From a virus, in the IMG/VR virus record IMGVR_UViG_3300037424_000553, positions 947 to 64,946 of that record: DNA of 64,000 nucleotides; one strand, written 5' to 3'. Below are positions 36,656 through 47,193 of this stretch, piece after piece. The first letter of the stretch is position 1; every line of letters starts with the position of its first letter. The notes beneath the pieces are model-generated. The model ran no database searches, was not told the origin of the DNA, and was given only the letters and a program-made list of their open reading frames with translations. Made by a program: the position numbers and the translations under genes.

Positions 36656-39471
36656 AGGAGTGGGAGCAGACTCATGATATCATCTTCGTCCTGTTGCTTC
36701 ACGGTGAGCGGATCGATCCGTGTGGCTTCCGTCGAGCGACCCCCAACCCAGATGATCGAGGTGTGTGCCGCCCGAACATAGCCAGGGTGCGCCGGCTGTG
36801 GGCGTGGTTTCTTGATCCGCTTCGGCTTGACCGGCTTGACCAGCGTCGAGGGCTGGGACGAAGCTTCGCTCCCGGTGAATGTACTCCAGCTTGTCCCGCC
36901 GAGATAGAGCACTGCGTGATGCTGCGTGCGGTTGAGCAGTGGGGCTCTAACAAGCCAGGACGGTGGCCAGGGTGATCCTGGCGTAAAGACCAGAAATTCA
37001 CCTGGAGCCACTGGCACAGTCGACGCATCAATCGGGATTGTTTCATCCCGATCCAGAGCAAAGACCTGAGTGCCAATACTATCAACTGGTATCGCATCAT
37101 CGCGAACCAATGCAATGATCGTGACCGAGTCAATCGGGATCTCTTCATCACGCGCCTGTACTGTCCCAATCGCTTCGACAGGAATTGTCGCATCGCGAAC
37201 CAGGTTGCCCTGGGCATCAATCGGAATCTCATCATCGCGAAGCAAACTCCCACTGACATCGATTGGAATGTCTTCATCACGAGCACGCTGAATGACGACG
37301 GCACCCGTACTATCAATCGGAATGATGCTCTCGCGCAGGAGTGCCCGCAGGACATCGATCGGAATGGTAATGTCCTGGAGCAATGCCGCCAGTGTTTCGA
37401 CCGGGATCGTACTCCCATCGCGGAGCACCGCCCCAAGGACATCAACAGGGATGCTGGCCAGACGAGCCAACGTGCCAAGCGTATCAATCGGGATTGTGTC
37501 ATCCCGTTGAAGCATGACGACTTGACTACTCTCAACTGGAATCTCTTCGTCGCGGAGGAGACTCCCGAGCACATCGATTGGGATCTCTTCATCGCGAGCC
37601 AGTGCCCCAAGCACATCGATCGGAATGATTTCACCATTCCGAAGGACAACGCCCAGGACATCAATCGGAATCGTCTCATCCCTGAGCAGTGATCGGAGAC
37701 TCTCGATCGGAATCGTTTCACCATTCCGAAGGAGGGCAGCCTGGACATCAACAGGAATCTGCTCATCGCTGAACAGGGCTCGCAGACTCTCGATCGGAAT
37801 CGTCTCACTGCGAAGCAATGATCCCAGCACATCGATCGGGATCGTCGCATCCCTGACGAGCGAGACAGTGCTATCAATCGGGATTGTATCATCGCGCGAG
37901 ATTGCAACCACTGATGCACTCGACTCGACCGGAATCTCATCGATGCGTCCATGGGTCAGCAGTGATTCAAGCGGAATCGTCGTGCCGGCAAGGAATGAGA
38001 TCAGACTCTCGACCGGAATCCCAGTGAGTGTAAGCAGCTGCCTGAGACTCTCGAGCGGAATCCCGATCGTGAGCAGCAGTGATCTGAGTGACTCGACAGG
38101 GATCGCTTCATCACGAGTCAGATCGATGAATGGAGCAGCCGCCGAGCCGAAGGTCAGATAGCCATGCCACTCACTCGCGACACCACCCGCCGTATCAACA
38201 ATAGTCTGAAAGCCATCGCTGTTGATCGCATTCAGGTCGTACAGGGACTGAATCGTACCGGTCGTACTCGGGAAGGCAAGTAATTGATCATACTCTCGGA
38301 TCGTATCGATTTCGGTGTTTCCAACACCATTCTCCGAAAGGATGCCAAAAGTGTTCCGAGCCGACGGCGAGGAGGCGGAGCCGACCGCTACCCGATCTTG
38401 CACCGTCGACGTGCCAGCCGCCTGCTCGACCGTCATGCGGCCGATGAGATCCACTCCCAGAGGCTGGAAGGCCAACCCGCTGACCGTCGCCGTCGCGTTC
38501 AGCGTACTCCCGTCGATGGTGTACGCACCCGCCTGCCACAGGCCGCCCTTGATCGCTAGGGCGATGTACCGGCGGTTCGTGGTCGCCCGGGCGATCCAGT
38601 TCAGCCGGAAGCCGTTCGCGTTCCACTGCGTCAGCTGGGCTCGGGCGCTGGGATTGCCGCCCGCAAGCGCGATCATCCCGAGGCACTCGCCCGTCTTGCA
38701 GTAGCCGTCCGTATCCATCGTCGCGGAGCCATCGTCGCTGTTGCCCATCACGACGGCGTTGTTCGCAGCCAGGGTGCCAGAGGCGAACCCCACACATCGT
38801 CCACTGTCCGTCCGACCAACCGCCGGACTCGCGCCGGTCTGCTGTACGCCGGCGAACATAACCGCTTGACCAACGCCGTCTGATGTAAAGCCTGTGACTG
38901 TGTAGTCTTGATTTCCCGTCGCAGCGGGTTCGGCGATGCTGATCGCCTCGGCAACAGTGATATCGTCGCCGCCCCATGCCTCCCACATAATTACAAGACC
39001 ATTACTCGCAGCATCATCAACAATCAGTCTGAATCCATCGCTTAGAATCGCGTCTAGATCGAGGAGCCCTGCAATTGTCGTCGGAGTTGTCAAACTAATT
39101 TCTATTGCGATGCAATCATCACGGAAGGCCGACGAGCAAATTGCAGAGCCTGCACCGTTATCATCGAACGTGGCGACACAGCGACGATTGCTCGGACTCG
39201 AAGCAAACCCAAAACTCCACCAACTGCTCGGGATGTTGCTGACAAAATCATTTAGATCGAAAGTGTTAGCAGGTGTAACGCCAGTGAATTTCAGCGCCTT
39301 GGGCTGAAATCCTACAGTGACAGTCTTCGTCGATCCAAGTGCATCACTGCCAAGCCAGAGCAGAACACCGCGGGCGTAATTCATGCGACGCTTCTTGGCC
39401 AGACCAGGTGGAACAGATGGAGGACCCGGCGGGTCGAACGGTGCACCATGACCATGCTCATCGGGGAACAC
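36652..39471 (-). CDS. large virion-associated protein with about 25 tandem 14-18 aa IP[IVL][DE]x repeats
   Basis: Repeats visible in translation; start uncertain (39471 GTG or 39384 ATG). Confidence 0.75.
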   Translation of the reverse strand: MFPDEHGHGAPFDPPGPPSVPPGLAKKRRMNYARGVLLWLGSDALGSTKTVTVGFQPKALKFTGVTPANTFDLNDFVSNIPSSWWSFGFASSPSNRRCVATFDDNGAGSAICSSAFRDDCIAIEISLTTPTTIAGLLDLDAILSDGFRLIVDDAASNGLVIMWEAWGGDDITVAEAISIAEPAATGNQDYTVTGFTSDGVGQAVMFAGVQQTGASPAVGRTDSGRCVGFASGTLAANNAVVMGNSDDGSATMDTDGYCKTGECLGMIALAGGNPSARAQLTQWNANGFRLNWIARATTNRRYIALAIKGGLWQAGAYTIDGSTLNATATVSGLAFQPLGVDLIGRMTVEQAAGTSTVQDRVAVGSASSPSARNTFGILSENGVGNTEIDTIREYDQLLAFPSTTGTIQSLYDLNAINSDGFQTIVDTAGGVASEWHGYLTFGSAAAPFIDLTRDEAIPVESLRSLLLTIGIPLESLRQLLTLTGIPVESLISFLAGTTIPLESLLTHGRIDEIPVESSASVVAISRDDTIPIDSTVSLVRDATIPIDVLGSLLRSETIPIESLRALFSDEQIPVDVQAALLRNGETIPIESLRSLLRDETIPIDVLGVVLRNGEIIPIDVLGALARDEEIPIDVLGSLLRDEEIPVESSQVVMLQRDDTIPIDTLGTLARLASIPVDVLGAVLRDGSTIPVETLAALLQDITIPIDVLRALLRESIIPIDSTGAVVIQRARDEDIPIDVSGSLLRDDEIPIDAQGNLVRDATIPVEAIGTVQARDEEIPIDSVTIIALVRDDAIPVDSIGTQVFALDRDETIPIDASTVPVAPGEFLVFTPGSPWPPSWLVRAPLLNRTQHHAVLYLGGTSWSTFTGSEASSQPSTLVKPVKPKRIKKPRPQPAHPGYVRAAHTSIIWVGGRSTEATRIDPLTVKQQDEDDIMSLLPLL

Positions 39472-39487
39472 TCATTCTGCATCCCGC

Positions 39488-39928
39488 TCATCCACCAATC
39501 ACACTATCCGGCGCGAGGGCGCGGATCAAGCATGGTTGGATCTCGAGCTGCTGCCCTCGGCGCTCGACCAGGACATAGTTCCCTTCCAGCGGATCACCCC
39601 AATAGAGGAGCCGTGATCGTTTGGATCCTGTCGCATAACTCCCGTAGACGCGCATCGGTGGCCCATCGCCAAACGTCCAGATCTGTGGCGGCGCAATCAC
39701 CCCGACGAGTCCATGATCGAGGTTGATCACCGTCCACTCCGAGGGCTTGATCAGCTTCGGGGCGTAGGCATGCCCACCACACTCGGTGTAGTTCAGCAGA
39801 TCGTCTTTGCGATTTGGCTGATGTGGGTTGCCGTAGAGTCGAAGCCAGAGCGGCTCCGCCTCTTCGAGCCCAACCTGCTGTTTCAGGAACTGTGTCGCCC
39901 CGGCTTCAGTGAGAATCACCCGAGCCAT
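39488..39928 (-). CDS. conserved phage structural protein
   Basis: LRLYGN...YTEC..HAYAPK...W motif. Confidence 0.6.
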   Translation of the reverse strand: MARVILTEAGATQFLKQQVGLEEAEPLWLRLYGNPHQPNRKDDLLNYTECGGHAYAPKLIKPSEWTVINLDHGLVGVIAPPQIWTFGDGPPMRVYGSYATGSKRSRLLYWGDPLEGNYVLVERRGQQLEIQPCLIRALAPDSVIGG

Positions 39929-40914
39929 CAGACGCTCCCCTTCGGCAGATAGCGTTCACGGAAGGTCTTCGCAAACCCATGCTGATCACGCTCGATGACT
40001 TCGAACGTCCGCTCTGGTGGTGTCACGACTGGTGGGGCATCCGGCATGATGATCTCGTTCCTGACTGTGACCTCACCAGGTGGCGCCGGGGCGGCGGCTG
40101 GACTCGGTGGAATCACCACAGGAGGTGGCGTCACCGTCACCGATGGCGGCGTGCTCATCTTGTCGGCGATGGTCTTCATCGTCTCGGTCAGGACGCTCAT
40201 CGTCTGGACGAACAACTTCTGATTCGCTTCGCTCTGTCGCTGCTGTCGCTTGAACTCGGCAACCACTGGACCCGAGAGTTGGGAGCGATGTCCTGGAGCC
40301 TCCTCATCAGACGGGGCCAGGTTCTTGAGCGTCGCCTGGACTCTGGGGGTCGCCCCCTTCCCAAATTCCCCACCCTGTGGAGCAGGCTTGCCCCCAGATG
40401 AATCTTCTGGGGCTTCCCCTGGGGGAATCTCCTCCATGCCCGGGAGCGCTGGCGGTGGGGGCAGGGTGACCCGCTCCCGTTTGATCATCAGCATCTCACG
40501 GTCGTAGTCGAAATCCTCGCGCCCCAACTCCTTCGCAACCTGTTCCGCACTCCACCGATGCGACGCATAGTCCAGCCCTTGTGCCGTCGCAATGTCTTTG
40601 ATCTTGATCGAGCGATCTTCCTCGAACACTGTCGGGAAGATCATCTCAAGCGCATAGGCTTTGTTGCTCGCGATGAACTCCTGCGCCTGATGAAGCGGCA
40701 CCGGCGTCCATGGGGCGACGAGCTCAGTGCCACCCCCGTACCCACCTTCCTCATACCGCTCGATCGTCCTGACCAGACCTTCACGGAAGAGATCCAACTG
40801 GAGGGGCTGGATTTCATTCTCGGCGAGAATCGTCTCCACACTCACCGGCGTATGATCGTCGAGAGCTTCGCGGATCTCGTGCAACTCGATGATGTCAGGG
40901 CGCTCGGTGCTCAT
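39928..40914 (-). CDS. portal protein, C-terminal part
   Basis: EMIFPTVFEEDR...SHRWSAEQVAKELG..DYDREM matches portal C-terminal pattern. Confidence 0.6.
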   Translation of the reverse strand: MSTERPDIIELHEIREALDDHTPVSVETILAENEIQPLQLDLFREGLVRTIERYEEGGYGGGTELVAPWTPVPLHQAQEFIASNKAYALEMIFPTVFEEDRSIKIKDIATAQGLDYASHRWSAEQVAKELGREDFDYDREMLMIKRERVTLPPPPALPGMEEIPPGEAPEDSSGGKPAPQGGEFGKGATPRVQATLKNLAPSDEEAPGHRSQLSGPVVAEFKRQQRQSEANQKLFVQTMSVLTETMKTIADKMSTPPSVTVTPPPVVIPPSPAAAPAPPGEVTVRNEIIMPDAPPVVTPPERTFEVIERDQHGFAKTFRERYLPKGSV

Positions 40915-42566
40915 CGTCCCACCGTCCTGACGAGCCGCGCCTGTGCCCGCATTGGCCGCTCGTCTGTTGGCTCATCCTCGTTTGGATCATCCCCGGCATC
41001 CATGGTCGTATCAGGGTTGCTGTACTTGCTCTTGCTCGGATCGAGCAGTCTCGCATTGATCGCCTCAGCGATGATGCGCTCGAAGATCTGCTCGCCGGTC
41101 TCTTTAAGAATCTGCTGCTGATCCTCGATTGTCTTGACCGCCGGATCCGTCCGAACCAATGCCGTGGCCCTGGCGCCACCGGCGGCACCCTCGATGTTGA
41201 AGTACTCGTTCGGGAGACACATGCTCGCCGCGACAATGCTCGCGATCTGCTGGCCAATCCCCTGGGAGCCACGCCCGGCTGTGAGTACCGTGCTGGTGGC
41301 AGTCAGATCCACAGCTTCGTTCTCGATCCAGACACCACCAGGCGGTGGCAGCTCCGTGAGTGCTGGATTCTCGAGGAAGCTATCCACGTCGGTCTGATCA
41401 CCCTTGACCTTGATCTTGAAAACCAGGTTCGCCTCGAGCACCGCCTTGATCGTCTGCCCGTTGTAGAAGTCGTTGAAGCGTTGAATCCATGGCATCGCCG
41501 GCAGCAGGACCGAGCGCCCACGTTTCTCCTGACTGCTGACGTTCACCTTGATGTGCATGATGTTCGTCGGCGGGACCTGCTGGATGATGTACTTGCTCGA
41601 CGGGATCTGCCCTGACACCCACGTCTGATACGGGGTCGGCCACTGAAAGTGGTAGTAATACACCTCCTCGATGTCCTCAGGGTCGGTGACCACCTCCCAG
41701 CACGTCGACGGATCGAGCACCCTGAAGTTGGTCACGCCCCGGGACTTCTCATAGAACCGGAGCATGAGCTCACCCTGCCAGGGGAGATCCCGCGCCATCT
41801 GCTTGAACTTCTGCTTCATGTTGTTCCGCCGCCAGAAGGACTCCCACACCTTTCTGACTTGATCATCCTTGATTGAGTAGCTGATGCCACGCCCGATCGT
41901 GAACCGCTCGTAGATCTTGATGGCTGCCGCCGCCAAGGCGTTGTGGTTCACCATCGCAAAGGCGGTCGAGTGCATCTTCAGATAGTCATAGATGTAGAGC
42001 TGCTTGAAGAACGGCCCGCTCGTAATCGGGACGAACTCCGTATCCCAGAGCCGTGTCGCATCACCGCCTGGACTTGCTGTGAACCCTGATGGTGTATACG
42101 GCTCACCCGGGGCTTCCATGAATCGCCCCCACGATTCCATGTGCCGCTTATCCCGCCCGTAGCGACTCTCGTTGAGTTGCTTGAGCTCGGCGTAGTTCTT
42201 GACTTCCACCGGACGCCACCGGTTGCCCTCACGACTCGGCACCAAGACAATCCCACCAACATCACGTGGCACCATATTCATGGGCAGCCCTGGGATGCTG
42301 ACCTCGTGTTGCTTGTCTGGCTTCCAGGCCGTCGACTCGCTGATGCTCGGATCGACCACCGCGAAGCGCTTGGCGTAGTCGTACGCGGAAGTGGAATACT
42401 TCTCCGGACCGTTCTTGAGATCAGGCATGTACTGCGGCGTGCTCAACCACTTGCCGTAGAGTGGGCGACGCAAGCCTTTGCCCCCACCCTCCATCACTGA
42501 GCCCGGCTGCTGCTCTCCGTCAAGCGTTGCCAGGATGTCTGGCCCGCTATTCCCGACTGACTCCAT
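40911..42566 (-). CDS. portal protein, N-terminal/main part
   Basis: QGELMLRF, LDPSTCWEVVTDPED, KRGRSVL; directly after TerL; SD AAGGAG. Confidence 0.85.
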   Translation of the reverse strand: MESVGNSGPDILATLDGEQQPGSVMEGGGKGLRRPLYGKWLSTPQYMPDLKNGPEKYSTSAYDYAKRFAVVDPSISESTAWKPDKQHEVSIPGLPMNMVPRDVGGIVLVPSREGNRWRPVEVKNYAELKQLNESRYGRDKRHMESWGRFMEAPGEPYTPSGFTASPGGDATRLWDTEFVPITSGPFFKQLYIYDYLKMHSTAFAMVNHNALAAAAIKIYERFTIGRGISYSIKDDQVRKVWESFWRRNNMKQKFKQMARDLPWQGELMLRFYEKSRGVTNFRVLDPSTCWEVVTDPEDIEEVYYYHFQWPTPYQTWVSGQIPSSKYIIQQVPPTNIMHIKVNVSSQEKRGRSVLLPAMPWIQRFNDFYNGQTIKAVLEANLVFKIKVKGDQTDVDSFLENPALTELPPPGGVWIENEAVDLTATSTVLTAGRGSQGIGQQIASIVAASMCLPNEYFNIEGAAGGARATALVRTDPAVKTIEDQQQILKETGEQIFERIIAEAINARLLDPSKSKYSNPDTTMDAGDDPNEDEPTDERPMRAQARLVRTVGR

Positions 42567-42582
42567 CAAGATCTCCTTCTCA

Positions 42583-44376
42583 CTAGTAACGTCGCTTGAC
42601 CCAGCCCGCTTGCCCTGGGCCACGTACTTGCGGGGCGTTCGGTGTCCCTGTTCTCGCCGCCTGCCCCTGCTGTCCTAGTCGCTTGATCGTCGACGGAATC
42701 GATGGTGAGCCCGACTTCGGTCTGATGCCACGTCCCACGTTCCCAGCGATCCACCAATAGAGAATCAGGCTGTGAAAGTGATCTGGTGATTTCTTGCCTT
42801 CAAGCGTTCCGGCTGCAGCGGCCAACTCATCTTGTTCATCAGGATCCACGATGCGAATCCGCCCGACAGCATCGAGCTCGTACTTCACCATCGAGCACTG
42901 CGCAACCAAGGCATCGCGAAGTGGCACAGGCAATTGCCCGAGGGCAATCAGCCCTTGTTCGAACGCGGAGCGGAGCGCCCAGGCCATCTCCGCTTTGAGG
43001 TTGACGAACTTCGAATCGATGAGATGTTTGCGGTTCCTGGCAGCGCGTTCATCGGCATCTTTCGGCTTGTCCGTTGGACTGCTGCCGAAGTTGATCCCGA
43101 CCACCTTCTCACCCTTGCGACGAAGAATATCAGTGACGCCTCCGCCAACACCAGTGTCATCAACAACGATGACGTCACCGCCCACCACTTGTCGAACACG
43201 ACGGCAAGAATCAGCCGTAGCATCAACGCTCCGATAGCGAGGCTGACGAGGATTCGCTCCCACATTGGCATCCGTGGCGTCAGGGGAATAGCTTTCTGCC
43301 GGCGTCCGTGCGATGCTCTCCCCATGAATGATCGTCCCTCCACGGCCAGCAAAGAGAATCGTCCGGTCTCGCCCGTAGCGGGCCACATCGCAGGAGACCA
43401 CGGTGATGTCCCCGCCCACGCCCTCTTCACGATCCTCGGCCTCACTGAGCCAGGAGTAGGGGATGAGTACATCGCCTTCGACCGTGGGGAAGTCCCCGAT
43501 GCACCGAGCAATGAATGCGGGGGAATCCTCACCCCACTCTGCCTTGCGTTCGGCGATCCACTCTGGTCGCACGCGATCGCTGTAGTACGTCCCACCTTTC
43601 GAGTAGGGCGGCGCTTCCTTCCGACGGAGCTGTCCCTGGAGGGCCCGTGGGTGAATGACGAACGTCCGCTTCCAGGTCGACCGGTACGCCGTGAACACCT
43701 TGTAGAATTCCCCGAGCGGGCCACCTGGGGTGCTCGCCACGATCAGCTTCGCGGACTGCGTCGTCCGCATGCCTTGGACGGATTCCCAGATCTGTTTCTT
43801 CACGCCCTTGGCTTCATCGAAGACCGCAAGCAGATACGGACTGTGATAGCCTTCGATGTTGAGCGGCTCACTGCTCGCGATCCCAACGCTGAACCACTCG
43901 TTCGGGGCATGCTTGGCGTACAGGCGCGTGGTCGTGAGCTCGAACTGATTCATCAACCACTGGGCTTCCGGCAAGTCCTGATTCTCCATCCCGATGCGCC
44001 ACCACTTGTGGATCTCAGCCCAGAGAATATCCCGGACCTGCTTGTTGAACGTCGGCGCCGTGGTCGGCACCTTGGCGTAGGGATGAGTCGCCGTAAACCA
44101 GTCGATCGCCCAAGCCAGGGTCGTTGTCTTGCCTGGCCCGTGACACGCCCGCATGGCGATGTTCTCGCTCTCAGGGTCCGGGTCGGCGACGGCATCGAGG
44201 AAGTCACACTGCCAGGGATCGGGCTGCGCCTGCAGGACTTCACAGACGAAGTGGACGGGATTCATGAACCAGCGGGTGCTGATGTCGATCAGGTGCTGCC
44301 GGACTTCCTCAGATTCTTCGAGTTGCTCCTTGTCCGGCGGGATCTCCAGATACCGGGTGCCGGTCTTGTAATACAT
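42583..44376 (-). CDS. terL: terminase large subunit
   Basis: MRACHGPGKT Walker A, VFDEAK Walker B, SCDVARYGRD and SPDHFHS nuclease motifs. Confidence 0.92.
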   Translation of the reverse strand: MYYKTGTRYLEIPPDKEQLEESEEVRQHLIDISTRWFMNPVHFVCEVLQAQPDPWQCDFLDAVADPDPESENIAMRACHGPGKTTTLAWAIDWFTATHPYAKVPTTAPTFNKQVRDILWAEIHKWWRIGMENQDLPEAQWLMNQFELTTTRLYAKHAPNEWFSVGIASSEPLNIEGYHSPYLLAVFDEAKGVKKQIWESVQGMRTTQSAKLIVASTPGGPLGEFYKVFTAYRSTWKRTFVIHPRALQGQLRRKEAPPYSKGGTYYSDRVRPEWIAERKAEWGEDSPAFIARCIGDFPTVEGDVLIPYSWLSEAEDREEGVGGDITVVSCDVARYGRDRTILFAGRGGTIIHGESIARTPAESYSPDATDANVGANPRQPRYRSVDATADSCRRVRQVVGGDVIVVDDTGVGGGVTDILRRKGEKVVGINFGSSPTDKPKDADERAARNRKHLIDSKFVNLKAEMAWALRSAFEQGLIALGQLPVPLRDALVAQCSMVKYELDAVGRIRIVDPDEQDELAAAAGTLEGKKSPDHFHSLILYWWIAGNVGRGIRPKSGSPSIPSTIKRLGQQGQAARTGTPNAPQVRGPGQAGWVKRRY

Positions 44377-44651
44377 CAGTTGCGCCTGAGCCCGGCATCA
44401 AACTCGAGCTGATTGGAGAGCTTCGCACACTCCTGATGGGTCGCCATCACGAACTGCTGTGGCTTCCCACCCTCAGTCTCGAAATGCCCGATGATCCAGA
44501 GCGCCTTGTCGTACACAAGCACATCTTCGTTGATCATGCGTCCACGCTGATAGAGCGGCATCAGCTTCAGATGATTGATCTTCCCACCACAGCATCCACA
44601 GGTCGGACGAGCCAGGCGGCGACGTCGCGACTTCCGAGGCCGCTCAGGCAC
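44376..44651 (-). CDS. hypothetical protein
   Basis: Coupled. Confidence 0.6.
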   Translation of the reverse strand: MPERPRKSRRRRLARPTCGCCGGKINHLKLMPLYQRGRMINEDVLVYDKALWIIGHFETEGGKPQQFVMATHQECAKLSNQLEFDAGLRRN

Positions 44652-44934
44652 AGCAGCGGCACCCTGGCGTGTTCATGCAACAGAGGATCTTAGGCTCGAT
44701 TGCCCGTGGGCGTCCTGTCATCTGCCGTTTCGCTGCTCGACTTCCCTTGGGCCGCTTCAGCGGGATCTTGAGCTCGTGCATCACCTCACGCCGCCACATA
44801 GTCTCGCGACTGTTGAGGTTATCACTCCGCCGATTGTGGATGAGTGCGTTCAAGAACGTTGGCCCAGGATAGATCCCCTTCGCCCAGGCATCCTTGATCG
44901 CCCACTTGAACTTCGCCTCAGCTGAAATGCTCAT
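44644..44934 (-). CDS. hypothetical protein
   Basis: Coupled. Confidence 0.6.
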   Translation of the reverse strand: MSISAEAKFKWAIKDAWAKGIYPGPTFLNALIHNRRSDNLNSRETMWRREVMHELKIPLKRPKGSRAAKRQMTGRPRAIEPKILCCMNTPGCRCCA

Positions 44935-45212
44935 GTCCTGACCGGGATGGATGAACCTTGCCTGGTGATAATATCGCTCAGCATCGACTGGAGCATCGAG
45001 CGGGTGAGAATGACGCCACAGCCTTTCTCTGCACCCTTGTCCGTGGTGACCTGGAGAATCACCGAAGGCTCGCCTTTGTATCCAATCATGTCGACGAACC
45101 AGACCGCGTAGTTCACCACGCCTGGCTCATCACCATACCCAGGGCGTGTCCCGGCATCCAGCAGCGTCGCCTCACGTGGAATCATCAACCCATTGGGAAG
45201 AGCACGACTCAT
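44931..45212 (-). CDS. hypothetical protein
   Basis: ATGA overlaps. Confidence 0.6.
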   Translation of the reverse strand: MSRALPNGLMIPREATLLDAGTRPGYGDEPGVVNYAVWFVDMIGYKGEPSVILQVTTDKGAEKGCGVILTRSMLQSMLSDIITRQGSSIPVRT

Positions 45213-45550
45213 CGCTGATTCCTCGCCCAGTCCTGCGCCCGACGATACGCCTTGGTGGTATAGATCTCCACTCCACGTTCGCCGTGCGTCCGACTCAGCA
45301 AGAAGATCCCGAGCTTCATGTCGATCATCAGGCGATCGATCCGGCAGCCAATCCTGTTGACCCAGATCGGATGCCGGCGACGCCAGAGCAACACCCGTGG
45401 CCAGAACCACGGATTGTACTGGCGATCATCCAGCCACGCCCGATCGATCTTGAGCTTCAGACACCAGAGCAGATAGATCGTCCAGCGATCCCACTCTGGG
45501 ACTGCAATGCGCTTGAAGCAATGCCGTGAGATCTCGAACATGCAGGTCAT
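45209..45550 (-). CDS. hypothetical Trp/Arg-rich protein
   Basis: ATGA overlaps. Confidence 0.55.
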   Translation of the reverse strand: MTCMFEISRHCFKRIAVPEWDRWTIYLLWCLKLKIDRAWLDDRQYNPWFWPRVLLWRRRHPIWVNRIGCRIDRLMIDMKLGIFLLSRTHGERGVEIYTTKAYRRAQDWARNQR

Positions 45551-45825
45551 AGCTTCCTCGCTCGGCATGAGACCACGCGCCCGTTGACGATCCTGTATTC
45601 GTACTCGAATCCGTTCACCATACTCACCCAGATCTCGGTCACCATCTTTCGCGGAACATCGACTGAGTACTGCACGACACGCTGAATGAGTTGTGGCTTG
45701 CCCACCACTTCCAGTGGATAGCTCCCCTGACATTGCGTCGGAATCGCCGCCATGCTCTCGCTGTACCGTGTCGCACAGCCGATGCTGATGAGCCCGAGCA
45801 GGCTGAGGAACCACCGCCTAGTCAT
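45547..45825 (-). CDS. putative lipoprotein
   Basis: MTRRWFLSLLGLISIGC signal/lipobox. Confidence 0.6.
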   Translation of the reverse strand: MTRRWFLSLLGLISIGCATRYSESMAAIPTQCQGSYPLEVVGKPQLIQRVVQYSVDVPRKMVTEIWVSMVNGFEYEYRIVNGRVVSCRARKL

Positions 45826-45931
45826 GCCTTCTGATCCTTCTCGCGTACGATCATACGGAGGATGTGATAGATCGCATCAGCTTCTTGACGACGCTGTTTG
45901 AGTGGCGTGCCTGGATACGCTAACTGACTCA

Positions 45932-46678
45932 TCACTTCGCCCCGTTCAGGATCTGCGTCCGCATCGCTGAATCCTTCCTGGAGAGCTTCACAGTCTCGCC
46001 GTTCTCCCAGATGAGGTGGACGTACCAGAGCCCATCCTCGCCTTTGACCGGCAAGGCTGTACAGGGTGCGGTATGTCCCATGACGTTGTCGAGGTCGACG
46101 TAGAGTGGCACCCCAGCTTTTCTGACTTGATCGTAGAAGTACATGTCCTCGTGGCAGTCTTCCTTGTTGTACTGCCCGAGCGCGAACCATGGCTCTGGAA
46201 TGCGCTGAAGCAGTGTCTTCGCCACGAGAATGCCCGCCCCAGCACAGGCCCAGACTGGCCCGTAGAGGCCTTTGTGATGATCCAGCTCTGTCCACGGGAT
46301 CGACTGCCACTTGGTCTTGCCCTCGATCTTCACTTCATCGGAGAACAAGACCGGCCAGAAATACGGCTTGCTCAGGAGCGTCAGCGCGCAGACGATCTCT
46401 AGCTTGTGCGCCAACAGATTCATGATCAACTCCTGGTTGAACATGTGATCATCATCGACGAAGAAGAGGTGGGTCACCAGCGGATTCAGCATCGCCCGTC
46501 TGATCGCCTCGTTCCGATTCCACGCCGGACTGCTCCCTGAATTCCTGGCGTAGCTGCTATCCTTCGGGACGAACACCCCCTCCACTGACATCTCGAACGT
46601 GATGAAGCGCGTCATCCCGCCTGATGGCACCGCAACGGTCACGCCGCCCTGTCCTGGTCCGGTTTCAACGCCCTGCAT
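45932..46678 (-). CDS. glycosyltransferase, GT-A/GT2-like
   Basis: NRNEAIRRAM...HLFFVDDDH; EDMYF. Confidence 0.85.
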   Translation of the reverse strand: MQGVETGPGQGGVTVAVPSGGMTRFITFEMSVEGVFVPKDSSYARNSGSSPAWNRNEAIRRAMLNPLVTHLFFVDDDHMFNQELIMNLLAHKLEIVCALTLLSKPYFWPVLFSDEVKIEGKTKWQSIPWTELDHHKGLYGPVWACAGAGILVAKTLLQRIPEPWFALGQYNKEDCHEDMYFYDQVRKAGVPLYVDLDNVMGHTAPCTALPVKGEDGLWYVHLIWENGETVKLSRKDSAMRTQILNGAK

Positions 46679-46892
46679 GCGTGATCACCCCTTCTGTGTC
46701 GTTGTCGAACAGCTCACAGGAAAAGCTGTGAATCATCGACCGCCCGTACTGGCGAGACATCTCATCGAGCCACGCCTTGCTCACCTCGTATGTCGGCGTG
46801 ATGATGACTGATGGAATAGCGGGGAGCAGTGATGTCACGACTCTCGCCATGACACCACTGCTGAGCAGCTGAAGAAAGCCCCGCCGGTTCAT
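46665..46892 (-). CDS. hypothetical protein with twin-Arg-like N-terminus
   Basis: MNRRGFLQLL. Confidence 0.55.
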   Translation of the reverse strand: MNRRGFLQLLSSGVMARVVTSLLPAIPSVIITPTYEVSKAWLDEMSRQYGRSMIHSFSCELFDNDTEGVITHAGR

Positions 46893-47122
46893 CAGCAGGC
46901 GACGCGGACGATCTCGGCGAGCCTGGCGCTGCTGGTGGTCAGCACGGCCTTGGCCTGATGCGCCTCACCATGCTCCAGCAGATCCAGCGCCTGCGTTACT
47001 TCACGCTGCACTTCTAGGATCTCCGCCTTCACCGAGTCGTATGACCCGGACTGCGGCACCCCACCCTCACCCTGCTGCTCACCCTGCCCCTGCTCCTGCT
47101 CATCGTCTTTCTTCTTGGCCAT
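46892..47122 (-). CDS. hypothetical protein
   Basis: SD AGGAGG. Confidence 0.6.
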   Translation of the reverse strand: MAKKKDDEQEQGQGEQQGEGGVPQSGSYDSVKAEILEVQREVTQALDLLEHGEAHQAKAVLTTSSARLAEIVRVAC

Positions 47123-47193
47123 GCTCAGCCTCCTGGTTGTATGTTCACCGCACCCATCAAACCCACCAATGCAGGCGACGTCAAGGAGCGAAC

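Noticed and set aside
42583-44376. Intein or intron in terminase
   Set aside because: Normal length with contiguous motifs.
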